A DNA stretch of 64,000 bases from Eledone cirrhosa (lineage: Eukaryota), in the NCBI GenBank assembly GCA_964016885.1, contig OZ024740.1:355446001-355510000 (forward strand), read 5' to 3'. The notes beneath the pieces are model-generated. The model saw only the letters and a list, made by a program, of their open reading frames with translations, did no database searches and had not been told where the DNA came from. Positions within the stretch are counted from its first letter, which is position 1. Each line of letters starts with the position of its first letter. Below are positions 34,901 through 49,900 of the stretch, in pieces. The translations under genes were made by a program, and so were the position numbers.

Positions 34901-37900
34901 TTAAAAGCATGCCAAGGTCAACTTTGTCTTTCATCCATATGGAGTTCTTAGTTAAAAGCATGCCAAGGTCAACTTTGTCTTTCATCCATATGGAGTTCTC
35001 AGTTAAAAGCATGCCAAGGTCAACTTTGTCTTTCATCCATATGGAGTTCTTAGTTAAAAGCATGCCAAGGTCAACTTTGTCTTTCATCCATATGGAGTTC
35101 TTAGTTAAAAGCATGCCAAGGTCAACTTTGTCTTTCATCCATATGGAGTTCTTAGTTAAAAGCATGCCAAGGTCAACTTTGGCTTTCATCCATATGGAGT
35201 TCTTAGTTAAAAGCATGCCAAGGTCAACTTTGTCTTTCATCCATATGGAGTTCTTAGTTAAAAGCATGCCAAGGTCAACTTTGTCTTTCATCCATATGGA
35301 GTTCTCAGTTAAAAGCATGCCAAGGTCAACTTTGTCTTTCATCCATATGGAGTTCTTAGTTAAAAGCATGCCAAGGTCAACTTTGGCTTTCATCCATATG
35401 GAGTTCTTAGTTAAAAGCATGCCAAGGTCAACTTTGTCTTTCATCCATATGGAGTTCTTAGTTAAAAGCATGCCAAGGTCAACTTTGTCTTTCATCTATA
35501 TGGAGTTCTTAGTTAAAAGCATGCCAAGGTCAACTTTGTCTTTCATCCATATGGAGTTCTTAGTTAAAAGCATGCCAAGGTCAACTTTGTCTTTCATCTA
35601 TATGGAGTTCTTAGTTAAAAGCATGCCAAGGTCAACTTTGTCTTTCATCCATATGGAGTTCTTAGTTAAAAGCATGCCAAGGTCAACTTTGTCTTTCATC
35701 TATATGGAGTTCTTAGTTAAAAGCATGCCATGGTCAACTTTGTCTTTCATCTATATAGAGTTCTTAGTTAAAAGCATGCCAAGGTCAACTTTGTCTTTCA
35801 TCCATATGGAGTTCTTAGTTAAAAGCATGCCAAGGTCAACTTTGGCTTTCATCTATATAGAGTTCTTAGTTAAAAGCATGCCAAGGTCAACTTTGTCTTT
35901 CATCCATATGGAGTTCTTAGTTAAAAGCATGCCAAGGTAAACTTGGGCTTTCATCTATATAGAGTTCTTAGTTAAAAGCATGCCAAGGTCAACTTTGGCT
36001 TTCATCTATATAGAGTTCTTAGTTAAAAGCATGCCAAGGTCAACTTTGGCTTTCATCTATATAGAGTTCTTAGTTAAAAGCATGCCAAGGTCAACTTTGT
36101 CTTTCATCCATATGGAGTTCTTAGTTAAAAGCATGCCAAGGTCAACTTTGGCTTTCATCTATATAGAGTTCTTAGTTAAAAGCATGCCAAGGTCAACTTT
36201 GGCTTTCATCTATATAGAGTTCTTAGTTAAAAGCATGCCAAGGTCAACTTTGTCTTTCATCCATATGGAGTTCTTAGTTAAAAGCATGCCAAGGTCAACT
36301 TTGGCTTTCATCCATATGGAGTTCTTAGTTAAAAGCATGCCAAGGTCAACTTTGGCTTTCATCTATATAGAGTTCTTAGTTAAAAGCATGCCAAGGTCAA
36401 CTTTGGCTTTCATCTATATGGAGTTCTTAGTTAAAAGCATGCCAAGGTCAACTTTGGCTTTCATCCATATGGAGTTCTTAGTTAAAAGCATGCCAAGGTC
36501 AACTTTGGCTTTCATCTATATAGAGTTCTTAGTTAAAAGCATGCCAAGGTCAACTTTGTCTTTCATCCATATGGAGTTCTTAGTTAAAAGCATGCCAAGG
36601 TCAACTTTGGCTTTCATCTATATAGAGTTCTTAGTTAAAAGCATGCCAAGGTCAACTTTGGCTTTCATCCATATATAGTTCTTAGTTAAAAGCATGCCAA
36701 GGTCAACTTTGTCTTTCATCCATATGGAGTTCTTAGTTAAAAGCATGCCAAGGTCAACTTTGGCTTTCATCTATATAGAGTTCTTAGTTAAAAGCATGCC
36801 AAGGTCAACTTTGTCTTTCATCCATATGGAGTTCTTAGTTAAAAGCATGCCAAGGTCAACTTTGTCTTTCATCCATATGGAGTTCTTAGTTAAAAGCATG
36901 CCAAGGTCAACTTTGGCATTCATCCATATAGAGTTCTTAGTTAAAAGCATGCCAAGGTCAACTTTGGCATTCATCCATATAGAGTTCTTAGTTAAAAGCA
37001 TGCCAAGGTCAACTTTGGCTTTAATCTATATAGAGTTCTTAGTTAAAAGCATGCCAAGGTCAACTTTGGCTTTCATCCATATAGAGTTCTTAGTTAAAAG
37101 CATGCCAAGGTCAACTTTGTCTTTCATCCATATGGAGTTCTTAGTTAAAAGCATGCCAAGGTCAACTTTGGCTTTCATCTATATAGAGTTCTTAGTTAAA
37201 AGCATGCCAAGGTCAACTTTGTCTTTCATCCATATGGAGTTCTTAGTTAAAAGCATGCCAAGGTCAACTTTGGCTTTCATCTATATAGAGTTCTTAGTTA
37301 AAAGCATGCCAAGGTCAACTTTGTCTTTCATCCATATGGAGTTCTTAGTTAAAAGCATGCCAAGGTCAACTTTGGCTTTCATCTATATAGAGTTCTTAGT
37401 TAAAAGCATGCCAAGGTCAACTTTGTCTTTCATCCATATGGAGTTCTTAGGTAAAAGCATGCCAAGGTCAACTTTGTCTTTCATCCATATGGAGTTCTTA
37501 GTTAAAAGCATGCCAAGGTCAACTTTGGCATTCATCCATATAGAGTTCTTAGTTAAAAGCATGCCAAGGTCAACTTTGGCATTCATCCATATAGAGTTCT
37601 TAGTTAAAAGCATGCCAAGGTCAACTTTGGCATTCATCCATATAGAGTTCTTAGTTAAAAGCATGCCAAGGTCAACTTTGGCATTCATCCATATGGAGTT
37701 CTTAGTTAAAAGCATGCCAAGGTCAACTTTGGCATTCATCCATATAGAGTTCTTAGTTAAAAGCATGCCAAGGTCAACTTTGGCATTCATCCATATAGAG
37801 TTCTTAGTTAAAAGCATGCCAAGGTCAACTTTGGCATTCATCCATATAGAGTACTTAGTTAAAAGCATGCCAAGGTCAACTTTGTCTTTCATCCATATGG

Positions 37901-40900
37901 AGTTCTTAGTTAAAAGCATGCCAAGGTCAACTTTGGCATTCATCCATATGGAGTTCTCAGTTAAAAGCATGCCAAGGTCAACTTTGGCTTTCATCCATAT
38001 GGAGTTCTTAGTTAAAAGCATGCCAAGGTCAACTTTGGCTTTCATCTATATAGAGTTCTTAGTTAAAAGCATGCCAAGGTCAACTTTGGCTTTCATCTAT
38101 ATAGAGTTCTTAGTTAAAAGCATGCCAAGGTCAACTTTGGCTTTCATCTATATAGAGTTCTTAGTTAAAAGCATGCCAAGGTCAACTTTGGCTTTCATCT
38201 ATATAGAGTTCTTAGTTAAAAGCATGCCAAGGTCAACTTTGTCTTTCATCCATATGGAGTTCTTAGTTAAAAGCATGCCAAGGTCAACTTTGGCTTTCAT
38301 CTATATAGAGTTCTTAGTTAAAAGCATGCCAAGGTCAACTTTGTCTTTCATCTATATAGAGTTCTTAGTTAAAAGCATGCCAAGGTCAACTTTGGCTTTC
38401 ATCTATATAGAGTTCTTAGTTAAAAGCATGCCAAGGTCAACTTTGGCTTTCATCTATATAGAGTTCTTAGTTAAAAGCATGCCAAGGTCAACTTTGGCTT
38501 TCATCTATATAGAGTTCTTAGTTAAAAGCATGCCAAGGTCAACTTTGGCTTTCATCTATATAGAGTTCTTAGTTAAAAGCATGCCAAGGTCAACTTTGGC
38601 TTTCATCTATATAGAGTTCTTAGTTAAAAGCATGCCAAGGTCAACTTTGGCTTTCATCTATATAGAGTTCTTAGTTAAAAGCATGCCAAGGTCAACTTTG
38701 GCTTTCATCTATATAGAGTTCTTAGTTAAAAGCATGCCAAGGTCAACTTTGGCTTTCATCTATATAGAGTTCTTAGTTAAAAGCATGCCAAGGTCAACTT
38801 TGGCTTTCATCTATATAGAGTTCTTAGTTAAAAGCATGCCAAGGTCAACTTTGGCATTCATCCATATAGAGTTCTTAGTTAAAAGCATGCCAAGGTCAAC
38901 TTTGGCTTTCATCCATATGGAGTTCTTAGTTAAAAGCATGCCAAGGTCAACTTTGGCATTCATCCATATAGAGTTCTTAGTTAAAAGCATGCCAAGGTCA
39001 ACTTTGGCATTCATCCATATGGAGTTCTTAGTTAAAAGCATGCCAAGGTCAACTTTGGCATTCATCCATATAGAGTTCTTAGTTAAAAGCATGCCAAGGT
39101 CAACTTTGGCTTTCATCTATAGAGTTCTTAGTTAAAAGCATGCCAAGGTCAACTTTGGCATTCATCCATATGGAGTTCTTAGTTAAAAGCATGCCAAGGT
39201 CAACTTTGGCTTTCATCTATATAGAGTTCTTAGTTAAAAGCATGCCAAGGTCAACTTTGGCTTTCATCTATATAGAATTCTTAGTTAAAAGCATACCAAG
39301 GTCAACTTTGGCTTTCATCTACATAGAGTTCTTAGTTAAAAGCATGCCAAGGTCAACTTTGGCTTTCATCTATATGGAGTTCTTAGTTAAAAGCATGCCA
39401 AGGTCAACTTTGGCATTCATCCATATAGAATTCTTAGTTAAAAGCATGCCAAGGTCAACTTTGGCTTTCATCTATATAGAGTTCTTAGTTAAAAGCATGC
39501 CAAGGTCCACTTTGGCTTTCATCTATATAGAATTCTTAGTTAAAAGCATGCCAAGGTCAACTTTGGCATTCATCCATATAGAGTTCTTAGTTAAAAGCAT
39601 GCCAAGGTCAACTTTGTCTTTCATCCATATGGAGTTCTTAGTTAAAAGCATGCCAAGGTCAACTTTGGCTTTCATCTATATAGAGTTCTTAGTTAAAAGC
39701 ATGCCAAGGTCAACTTTGGCTTTCATCTATATAGAATTCTTAGTTAAAAGCATGCCAAGGTCAACTTTGGCTTTCATCTATATAGAGTTCTTAGTTAAAA
39801 GCATGCCAAGGTCAACTTTGTCTTTCATCCATATGGAGTTCTTAGTTAAAAGCATGCCAAGGTCAACTTTGGCATTCATCCATATAGAGTTCTTAGTTAA
39901 AAGCATGCCAAGGTCAACTTTGGCATTCATCCATATAGAGTTCTTAGTTAAAAGCATGCCAAGGTCAACTTTGGCTTTCATCTATATAGAGTTCTTAGTT
40001 AAAAGCATGCCAAGGTCAACTTTGGCTTTCATCCATATGGAGTTCTTAGTTAAAAGCATGCCAAGGTCAACTTTGGCTTTCATCCATATGGAGTTCTTAG
40101 TTAAAAGCATGCCAAGGTCAACTTTGTCTTTCATCCATATGGAGTTCTTAGTTAAAAGCATGCCAAGGTCAACTTTGGCTTTCATCTATATAGAGTTCTT
40201 AGTTAAAAGCATGCCAAGGTCAACTTTGTCTTTCATCCATATGGAGTTCTTAGTTAAAAGCATGCCAAGGTCAACTTTGTCTTTTATCCATATTGAGTTC
40301 TTAGTTAAAAGCATGCCAAGGTCAACTTTGGCATTCATCCATATAGAGTTCTTAGTTAAAAGCATGCCAAGGTCAACTTTGGCATTCATCCATATAGAGT
40401 TCTTAGTTAAAAGCATGCCAAGGTCAACTTTGGCATTCATCCATATAGAGTTCTTAGTTAAAAGCATGCCAAGGTCAACTTTGGCATTCATCCATATGGA
40501 GTTCTTAGTTAAAAGCATGCCAAGGTCAACTTTGGCATTCATCCATATAGAGTTCTTAGTTAAAAGCATGCCAAGGTCAACTTTGGCATTCATCCATATA
40601 GAGTTCTTAGTTAAAAGCATGCCAAGGTCAACTTTGGCATTCATCCATATAGAGTTCTTAGTTAAAAGCATGCCAAGGTCAACTTTGGCATTCATCCATA
40701 TAGAGTTCTTAGTTAAAAGCATGCCAAGGTCAACTTTGTCTTTCATCCATATGGAGTTCTTAGTTAAAAGCATGCCAAGGTCAACTTTGGCTTTCATCTA
40801 TATAGAGTTCTTAGTTAAAAGCATGCCAAGGTCAACTTTGTCTTTCATCCATATGGAGTTCTTAGTTAAAAGCATGCCAAGGTCAACTTTGTCTTTTATC

Positions 40901-43900
40901 CATATTGAGTTCTTAGTTAAAAGCATGCCAAGGTCAACTTTGGCATTCATCCATATAGAGTTCTTAGTTAAAAGCATGCCAAGGTCAACTTTGGCATTCA
41001 TCCATATAGAGTTCTTAGTTAAAAGCATGCCAAGGTCAACTTTGGCATTCATCCATATAGAGTTCTTAGTTAAAAGCATGCCAAGGTCAACTTTGGCATT
41101 CATCCATATGGAGTTCTTAGTTAAAAGCATGCCAAGGTCAACTTTGGCATTCATCCATATAGAGTTCTTAGTTAAAAGCATGCCAAGGTCAACTTTGGCA
41201 TTCATCCATATAGAGTTCTCAGTTAAAAGCATGCCAAGGTCAACTTTGGCATTCATCCATATAGAGTTCTTAGTTAAAAGCATGCCAAGGTCAACTTTGT
41301 CTTTCATCCATATGGAGTTCTTAGTTAAAAGCATGCCAAGGTCAACTTTGGCATTCATCCATATAGAGTTCTTAGTTGAAAGCATGCCAAGGTCAACTTT
41401 GGCTTTCATCCATATGGAGTTCTTAGTTAAAAGCATGCCAAGGTCAACTTTGGCATTCATCCATATAGAGTTCTTAGTTAAAAGCATGCCAAGGTCAACT
41501 TTGGCTTTCATCCATATGGAGTTCTTAGTTAAAAGCATGCCAAGGTCAACTTTGGCATTCATCCATATAGAGTTCTTAGTTAAAAGCATGCCAAGGTCAA
41601 CTTTGGCATTCATCCATATAGAGTTCTTAGTTAAAAGCATGCCAAGGTCAACTTTGGCATTCATCCATATGGAGTTCTTAGTTAAAAGCATGCCAAGGTC
41701 AACTTTGGCATTCATCCATATAGAGTTCTTAGTTAAAAGCATGCCAAGGTCAACTTTGGCTTTCATCTATATAGAGTTCTTAGTTAAAAGCATGCCAAGG
41801 TCAACTTTGGCATTCATCCATATGGAGTTCTTAGTTAAAAGCATGCCAAGGTCAACTTTGGCATTCATCCATATGGAGTTCTTAGTTAAAAGCATGCCAA
41901 GGTCAACTTTGGCATTCATCCATATAGAGTTCTTAGTTAAAAGCATGCCAAGGTCAACTTTGGCATTCATCCATATGGAGTTCTTAGTTAAAAGCATGCC
42001 AAGGTCAACTGTGGCATTCATCCATATAGAGTTCTTAGTTAAAAGCATGCCAAGGTCAACTTTGGCTTTCATCTATATAGAGTTCTTAGTTAAAAGCATG
42101 CCAAGGTCAACTTTGGCTTTCATCTATATAGAGTTCTTAGTTAAAAGCATGCCAAGGTCAACTTTGGCATTCATCCATATGGAGTTCTTAGTTAAAAGCA
42201 TGCCAAGGTCAACTTTGGCATTCATCCATATAGAGTTCTTAGTTAAAAGCATGCCAAGGTCAACTTTGCCTTTCATCTATATAGAGTTCTTAGTTAAAAG
42301 CATGCCAAGGTCAACTTTGGCTTTCATCTATATAGAGTTCTTAGTTAAAAGCATGCCAAGGTCAACTTTGGCATTCATCCATATGGAGTTCTTAGTTAAA
42401 AGCATGCCAAGGTCAACTTTGGCATTCATCCATATAGAGTTCTTAGTTAAAAGCATGCCAAGGTCAACTTTGGCATTCATCCATATAGGGTTCTTAGTTA
42501 AAAGCATGCCAAGGTCAACTTTGGCTTTCATCCATATGGAGTTCTTAGTTAAAAGCATGCCAAGGTCAACTTTGGCTTTCATCCATATGGAGTTCTTAGT
42601 TAAAAGCATGCCAAGGTCAACTTTGGCATTCATCTATATAGAGTTCTTAGTTAAAAGCATGCCAAGGTCAACTTTGGCTTTCATCTATATAGAGTTCTTA
42701 GTTAAAAGCATGCCAAGGTCAACTTTGGCTTTCATCTATATAGAGTTCTTAGTTAAAAGCATGCCAAGGTCAACTTTGGCTTTCATCTATATAGAGTTCT
42801 TAGTTAAAAGCATGCCAAGGTCAACTTTGGCTTTCATCTATATAGAGTTCTTAGTTAAAAGCATGCCAAGGTCAACTTTGGCTTTCATCTATATAGAGTT
42901 CTTAGTTAAACGCATGCCAAGGTCAACTTTGGCTTTCATCTATATAGAGTTCTTAGTTAAAAGCATGCCAAGGTCAACTTTGGCTTTCATCTATATAGAG
43001 TTCTTAGTTAAAAGCATGCCAAGGTCAACTTTGGCATTCATCCATATGGACTTCTTAGTTAAAAGCATGCCAAGGTCAACTTTGGCATTCATCCATATAG
43101 AGTTCTTAGTTAAAAGCATGCCAAGGTCAACTTTGGCTTTCATCTATATAGAGTTCTTAGTTAAAAGCATGCCAAGGTCAACTTTGGCATTCATCCATAT
43201 GGAGTTCTTAGTTAAAAGCATGCAAAGGTCAACTTTGGCATTCATCCATATAGAGTTCTTAGTTAAAAGCATGCCAAGGTCAACTTTGGCATTCATCCAT
43301 ATAGAGTTCTTAGTTAAAAGCATGCCAAGGTCAACTTTGGCTTTCATCCATATAGAGTTCTTAGTTAAAAGCATGCCAAGGTCAACTTTGGCTTTCATCC
43401 ATATGGAGTTCTTAGTTAAAAGCATGCCAAGGTCAACTTTGGCATTCATCTATATAGAGTTCTTAGTTAAAAGCATGCCAAGGTCAACTTTGTCTTTCAT
43501 CCATATAGAGTTCTTAGTTAAAAGCATGCCAAGGTCAACTTTGTCTTTCATCCATATGGAGTTCTTAGTTAAAAGCATGCCAAGGTCAACTTTGGCTTTC
43601 ATCCATATAGAGTTCTTAGTTAAAAGCATGCCAAGGTCAACTTTGTCTTTCATCCATATGGAGTTCTTAGTTAAAATCATGCCAAGGTCAACTTTGGCTT
43701 TCATCTATATAGAGTTCTTAGTTAAAAGCATGCCAAGGTCAACTTTGGCTTTCATCTATATAGAGTTCTTAGTTAAAAGCATGCCAAGGTCAACTTTGGC
43801 TTTCATCTATATAGAATTCTTAGTTAAAAGCATGCCAAGGTCAACTTTGGCTTTCATCTATATAGAGTTCTTAGTTAAAAGCATGCCAAGGTCAACTTTG

Positions 43901-46900
43901 GCTTTCATCTATATAGAATTCTTAGTTAAAAGCATGCCAAGGTCAACTTTGGCTTTCATCTATATAGAGTTCTTAGTTAAAAGCATGCCAAGGTCAACTT
44001 TGGCATTCATCCATATAGAGTTCTTAGTTAAAAGCATGCCAAGGTCAACTTTGGCTTTCATCTATATAGAGTTCTTAGTTAAAAGCATGCCAAGGTCAAC
44101 TTTGGCATTCATCCATATAGAGTTCTTAGTTAAAAGCATGCCAAGGTCAACTTTGTCTTTCATCTATATAGAGTTCTTAGTTAAAAGCATGCCAAGGTCA
44201 ACTTTGGCTTTCATCTATATAGAGTTCTTAGTTAAAAGCATGCCAAGGTCAACTTTGGCTTTCATCTATATAGAGTTCTTAGTTAAAAGCATGCCAAGGT
44301 CAACTTTGGCTTTCATCTATATAGAGTTCTTAGTTAAAAGCATGCCAAGGTCAACTTTGGCTTTCATCTATATAGAGTTCTTAGTTAAAAGCATGCCAAG
44401 GTCAACTTTGGCTTTCATCTATATAGAGTTCTTAGTTAAAAGCATGCCAAGGTCAACTTTGGCTTTCATCTATATAGAGTTCTTAGTTAAAAGCATGCCA
44501 AGGTCAACTTTGGCTTTCATCTATATAGAGTTCTTAGTTAAAAGCATGCCAAGGTCAACTTTGGCTTTCATCTATATAGAGTTCTTAGTTAAAAGCATGC
44601 CAAGGTCAACTTTGGCTTTCATCTATATAGAGTTCTTAGTTAAAAGCATGCCAAGGTCAACTTTGGCATTCATCCATATAGAGTTCTTAGTTAAAAGCAT
44701 GCCAAGGTCAACTTTGGCTTTCATCCATATGGAGTTCTTAGTTAAAAGCATGCCAAGGTCAACTTTGGCATTCATCCATATAGAGTTCTTAGTTAAAAGC
44801 ATGCCAAGGTCAACTTTGGCATTCATCCATATGGAGTTCTTAGTTAAAAGCATGCCAAGGTCAACTTTGGCATTCATCCATATAGAGTTCTTAGTTAAAA
44901 GCATGCCAAGGTCAACTTTGGCTTTCATCTATAGAGTTCTTAGTTAAAAGCATGCCAAGGTCAACTTTGGCATTCATCCATATGGAGTTCTTAGTTAAAA
45001 GCATGCCAAGGTCAACTTTGGCTTTCATCTATATAGAGTTCTTAGTTAAAAGCATGCCAAGGTCAACTTTGGCTTTCATCTATATAGAATTCTTAGTTAA
45101 AAGCATACCAAGGTCAACTTTGGCTTTCATCTACATAGAGTTCTTAGTTAAAAGCATGCCAAGGTCAACTTTGGCTTTCATCTATATGGAGTTCTTAGTT
45201 AAAAGCATGCCAAGGTCAACTTTGGCATTCATCCATATAGAATTCTTAGTTAAAAGCATGCCAAGGTCAACTTTGGCTTTCATCTATATAGAGTTCTTAG
45301 TTAAAAGCATGCCAAGGTCCACTTTGGCTTTCATCTATATAGAATTCTTAGTTAAAAGCATGCCAAGGTCAACTTTGGCTTTCATCTATATAGAGTTCTT
45401 AGTTAAAAGCATGCCAAGGTCAACTTTGGCATTCATCCATATAGAGTTCTTAGTTAAAAGCATGCCAAGGTCAACTTTGTCTTTCATCCATATGGAGTTG
45501 TTAGTTAAAAGCATGCCAAGGTCAACTTTGGCTTTCATCTATATAGAGTTCTTAGTTAAAAGCATGCCAAGGTCAACTTTGGCTTTCATCTATATAGAAT
45601 TCTTAGTTAAAAGCATGCCAAGGTCAACTTTGGCTTTCATCTATATAGAGTTCTTAGTTAAAAGCATGCCAAGGTCAACTTTGTCTTTCATCCATATGGA
45701 GTTCTTAGTTAAAAGCATGCCAAGGTCAACTTTGGCATTCATCCATATAGAGTTCTTAGTTAAAAGCATGCCAAGGTCAACTTTGGCATTCATCCATATA
45801 GAGTTCTTAGTTAAAAGCATGCCAAGGTCAACTTTGGCTTTCATCTATATAGAGTTCTTAGTTAAAAGCATGCCAAGGTCAACTTTGGCTTTCATCCATA
45901 TGGAGTTCTTAGTTAAAAGCATGCCAAGGTCAACTTTGGCTTTCATCCATATGGAGTTCTTAGTTAAAAGCATGCCAAGGTCAACTTTGGCTTTCATCTA
46001 TATAGAGATCTTATTTAAAAGCATGCCAAGGTCAACTTTGTCTTTCATCCATATGGAGTTCTTAGTTAAAAGCATGCCAAGGTCAACTTTGGCTTTCATC
46101 TATATAGAGTTCTTAGTTAAAAGCATGCCAAGGTCAACTTTGTCTTTCATCCATATGGAGTTCTTAGTTAAAAGCATGCCAAGGTCAACTTTGGCATTCA
46201 TCCATATAGAGTTCTTAGTTAAAAGCATGCCAAGGTCAACTTTGGCATTCATCCATATAGAGTTCTTAGTTAAAAGCATGCCAAGGTCAACTTTGGCATT
46301 CATCCATATGGAGTTCTTAGTTAAAAGCATGCCAAGGTCAACTTTGGCATTCATCCATATAGAGTTCTTAGTTAAAAGCATGCCAAGGTCAACTTTGGCA
46401 TTCATCCATATAGAGTTCTTAGTTAAAAGCATGCCAAGGTCAACTTTGGCATTCATCCATATAGAGTTCTTAGTTAAAAGCATGCCAAGGTCAACTTTGT
46501 CTTTCATCCATATGGAGTTCTTAGTTAAAAGCATGCCAAGGTCAACTTTGGCATTCATCCATATAGAGTTCTTAGTTGAAAGCATGCCAAGGTCAACTTT
46601 GGCTTTCATCCATATGGAGTTCTTAGTTAAAAGCATGCCAAGGTCAACTTTGGCATTCATCCATATAGAGTTCTTAGTTAAAAGCATGCCAAGGTCAACT
46701 TTGGCTTTCATCCATATGGAGTTCTTAGTTAAAAGCATGCCAAGGTCAACTTTGGCATTCATCCATATAGAGTTCTTAGTTAAAAGCATGCCAAGGTCAA
46801 CTTTGGCATTCATCCATATAGAGTTCTTAGTTAAAAGCATGCCAAGGTCAACTTTGGCATTCATCCATATGGAGTTCTTAGTTAAAAGCATGCCAAGGTC

Positions 46901-49900
46901 AACTTTGGCATTCATCCATATAGAGTTCTTAGTTAAAAGCATGCCAAGGTCAACTTTGGCTTTCATCTATATAGAGTTCTTAGTTAAAAGCATGCCAAGG
47001 TCAACTTTGGCATTCATCCATATGGAGTTCTTAGTTAAAAGCATGCCAAGGTCAACTTTGGCATTCATCCATATGGAGTTCTTAGTTAAAAGCATGCCAA
47101 GGTCAACTTTGGCATTCATCCATATGGAGTTCTTAGTTAAAAGCATGCCAAGGTCAACTGTGGCATTCATCCATATAGAGTTCTTAGTTAAAAGCATGCC
47201 AAGGTCAACTTTGGCTTTCATCTATATAGAGTTCTTAGTTAAAAGCATGCCAAGGTCAACTTTGGCATTCATCCATATGGAGTTCTTAGTTAAAAGCATG
47301 CCAAGGTCAACTTTGGCATTCATCCATATAGAGTTCTTAGTTAAAAGCATGCCAAGGTCAACTTTGGCTTTCATCTATATAGAGTTCTTAGTTAAAAGCA
47401 TGCCAAGGTCAACTTTGGCTTTCATCTATATAGAGTTCTTAGTTAAAAGCATGCCAAGGTCAACTTTGGCTTTCATCTATATAGAGTTCTTAGTTAAAAG
47501 CATGCCAAGGTCAACTTTGGCTTTCATCTATATAGAGTTCTTAGTTAAACGCATGCCAAGGTCAACTTTGGCTTTCATCTATATAGAGTTCTTAGTTAAA
47601 AGCATGCCAAGGTCAACTTTGGCTTTCATCTATATAGAGTTCTTAGTTAAAAGCATGCCAAGGTCAACTTTGGCATTCATCCATATGGAGTTCTTAGTTA
47701 AAAGCATGCCAAGGTCAACTTTGGCATTCATCCATATAGAGTTCTTAGTTAAAAGCATGCCAAGGTCAACTTTGTCTTTCATCTATATAGAGTTCTTAGT
47801 TAAAAGCATGCCAAGGTCAACTTTGGCTTTCATCTATATAGAGTTCTTAGTTAAAAGCATGCCAAGGTCAACTTTGGCTTTCATCTATATAGAGTTCTTA
47901 GTTAAAAGCATGCCAAGGTCAACTTTGGCTTTCATCTATATAGAGTTCTTAGTTAAACGCATGCCAAGGTCAACTTTGGCTTTCATCTATATAGAGTTCT
48001 TAGTTAAAAGCATGCCACGGTCAACTTTGGCTTTCATCTATATAGAGTTCTTAGTTAAAAGCATGCCAAGGTCAACTTTGGCATTCATCCATATGGAGTT
48101 CTTAGTTAAAAGCATGCCAAGGTCAACTTTGGCATTCATCCATATAGAGTTCTTAGTTAAAAGCATGCCAAGGTCAACTTTGGCTTTCATCTATATAGAG
48201 TTCTTAGTTAAAAGCATGCCAAGGTCAACTTTGGCATTCATCCATATGGAGTTCTTAGTTAAAAGCATGCAAAGGTCAACTTTGGCATTCATCCATATAG
48301 AGTTCTTAGTTAAAAGCATGCCAAGGTCAACTTTGGCATTCATCCATATAGAGTTCTTAGTTAAAAGCATGCCAAGGTCAACTTTGGCTTTCATCCATAT
48401 AGAGTTCTTAGTTAAAAGCATGCCAAGGTCAACTTTGGCTTTCATCCATATGGAGTTCTTAGTTAAAAGCATGCCAAGGTCAACTTTGGCATTCATCTAT
48501 ATAGAGTTCTTAGTTAAAAGCATGCCAAGGTCAACTTTGTCTTTCATCCATATAGAGTTCTTAGTTAAAAGCATGCCAAGGTCAACTTTGTCTTTCATCC
48601 ATATGGAGTTCTTAGTTAAAAGCATGCCAAGGTCAACTTTGGCTTTCATCCATATAGAGTTCTTAGTTAAAAGCATGCCAAGGTCAACTTTGTCTTTCAT
48701 CCATATGGAGTTCTTAGTTAAAATCATGCCAAGGTCAACTTTGGCTTTCATCTATATAGAGTTCTTAGTTAAAAGCATGCCAAGGTCAACTTTGGCTTTC
48801 ATCTATATAGAATTCTTAGTTAAAAGCATGCCAAGGTCAACTTTGGCTTTCATCTATATAGAGTTCTTAGTTAAAAGCATGCCAAGGTCAACTTTGGCTT
48901 TCATCTATATAGAATTCTTAGTTAAAAGCATGCCAAGGTCAACTTTGGCTTTCATCTATATAGAGTTCTTAGTTAAAAGCATGCCAAGGTCAACTTTGGC
49001 ATTCATCCATATAGAGTTCTTAGTTAAAAGCATGCCAAGGTCAACTTTGGCTTTCATCTATATAGAGTTCTTAGTTAAAAGCATGCCAAGGTCAACTTTG
49101 GCATTCATCCATATAGAGTTCTTAGTTAAAAGCATGCCAAGGTCAACTTTGTCTTTCATCTATATAGAGTTCTTAGTTAAAAGCATGCCAAGGTCAACTT
49201 TGGCTTTCATCTATATAGAGTTCTTAGTTAAAAGCATGCCAAGGTCAACTTTGGCTTTCATCTATATAGAGTTCTTAGTTAAAAGCATGCCAAGGTCAAC
49301 TTTGGCTTTCATCTATATAGAGTTCTTAGTTAAAAGCATGCCAAGGTCAACTTTGGCTTTCATCTATATAGAGTTCTTAGTTAAAAGCATGCCAAGGTCA
49401 ACTTTGGCTTTCATCTATATAGAGTTCTTAGTTAAAAGCATGCCAAGGTCAACTTTGGCTTTCATCTATATAGAGTTCTTAGTTAAAAGCATGCCAAGGT
49501 CAACTTTGGCTTTCATCTATATAGAGTTCTTAGTTAAAAGCATGCCAAGGTCAACTTTGGCTTTCATCTATATAGAGTTCTTAGTTAAAAGCATGCCAAG
49601 GTCAACTTTGGCTTTCATCTATATAGAGTTCTTAGTTAAAAGCATGCCAAGGTCAACTTTGGCATTCATCCATATAGAGTTCTTAGTTAAAAGCATGCCA
49701 AGGTCAACTTTGGCTTTCATCCATATGGAGTTCTTAGTTAAAAGCATGCCAAGGTCAACTTTGGCATTCATCCATATAGAGTTCTTAGTTAAAAGCATGC
49801 CAAGGTCAACTTTGGCATTCATCCATATGGAGTTCTTAGTTAAAAGCATGCCAAGGTCAACTTTGGCATTCATCCATATAGAGTTCTTAGTTAAAAGCAT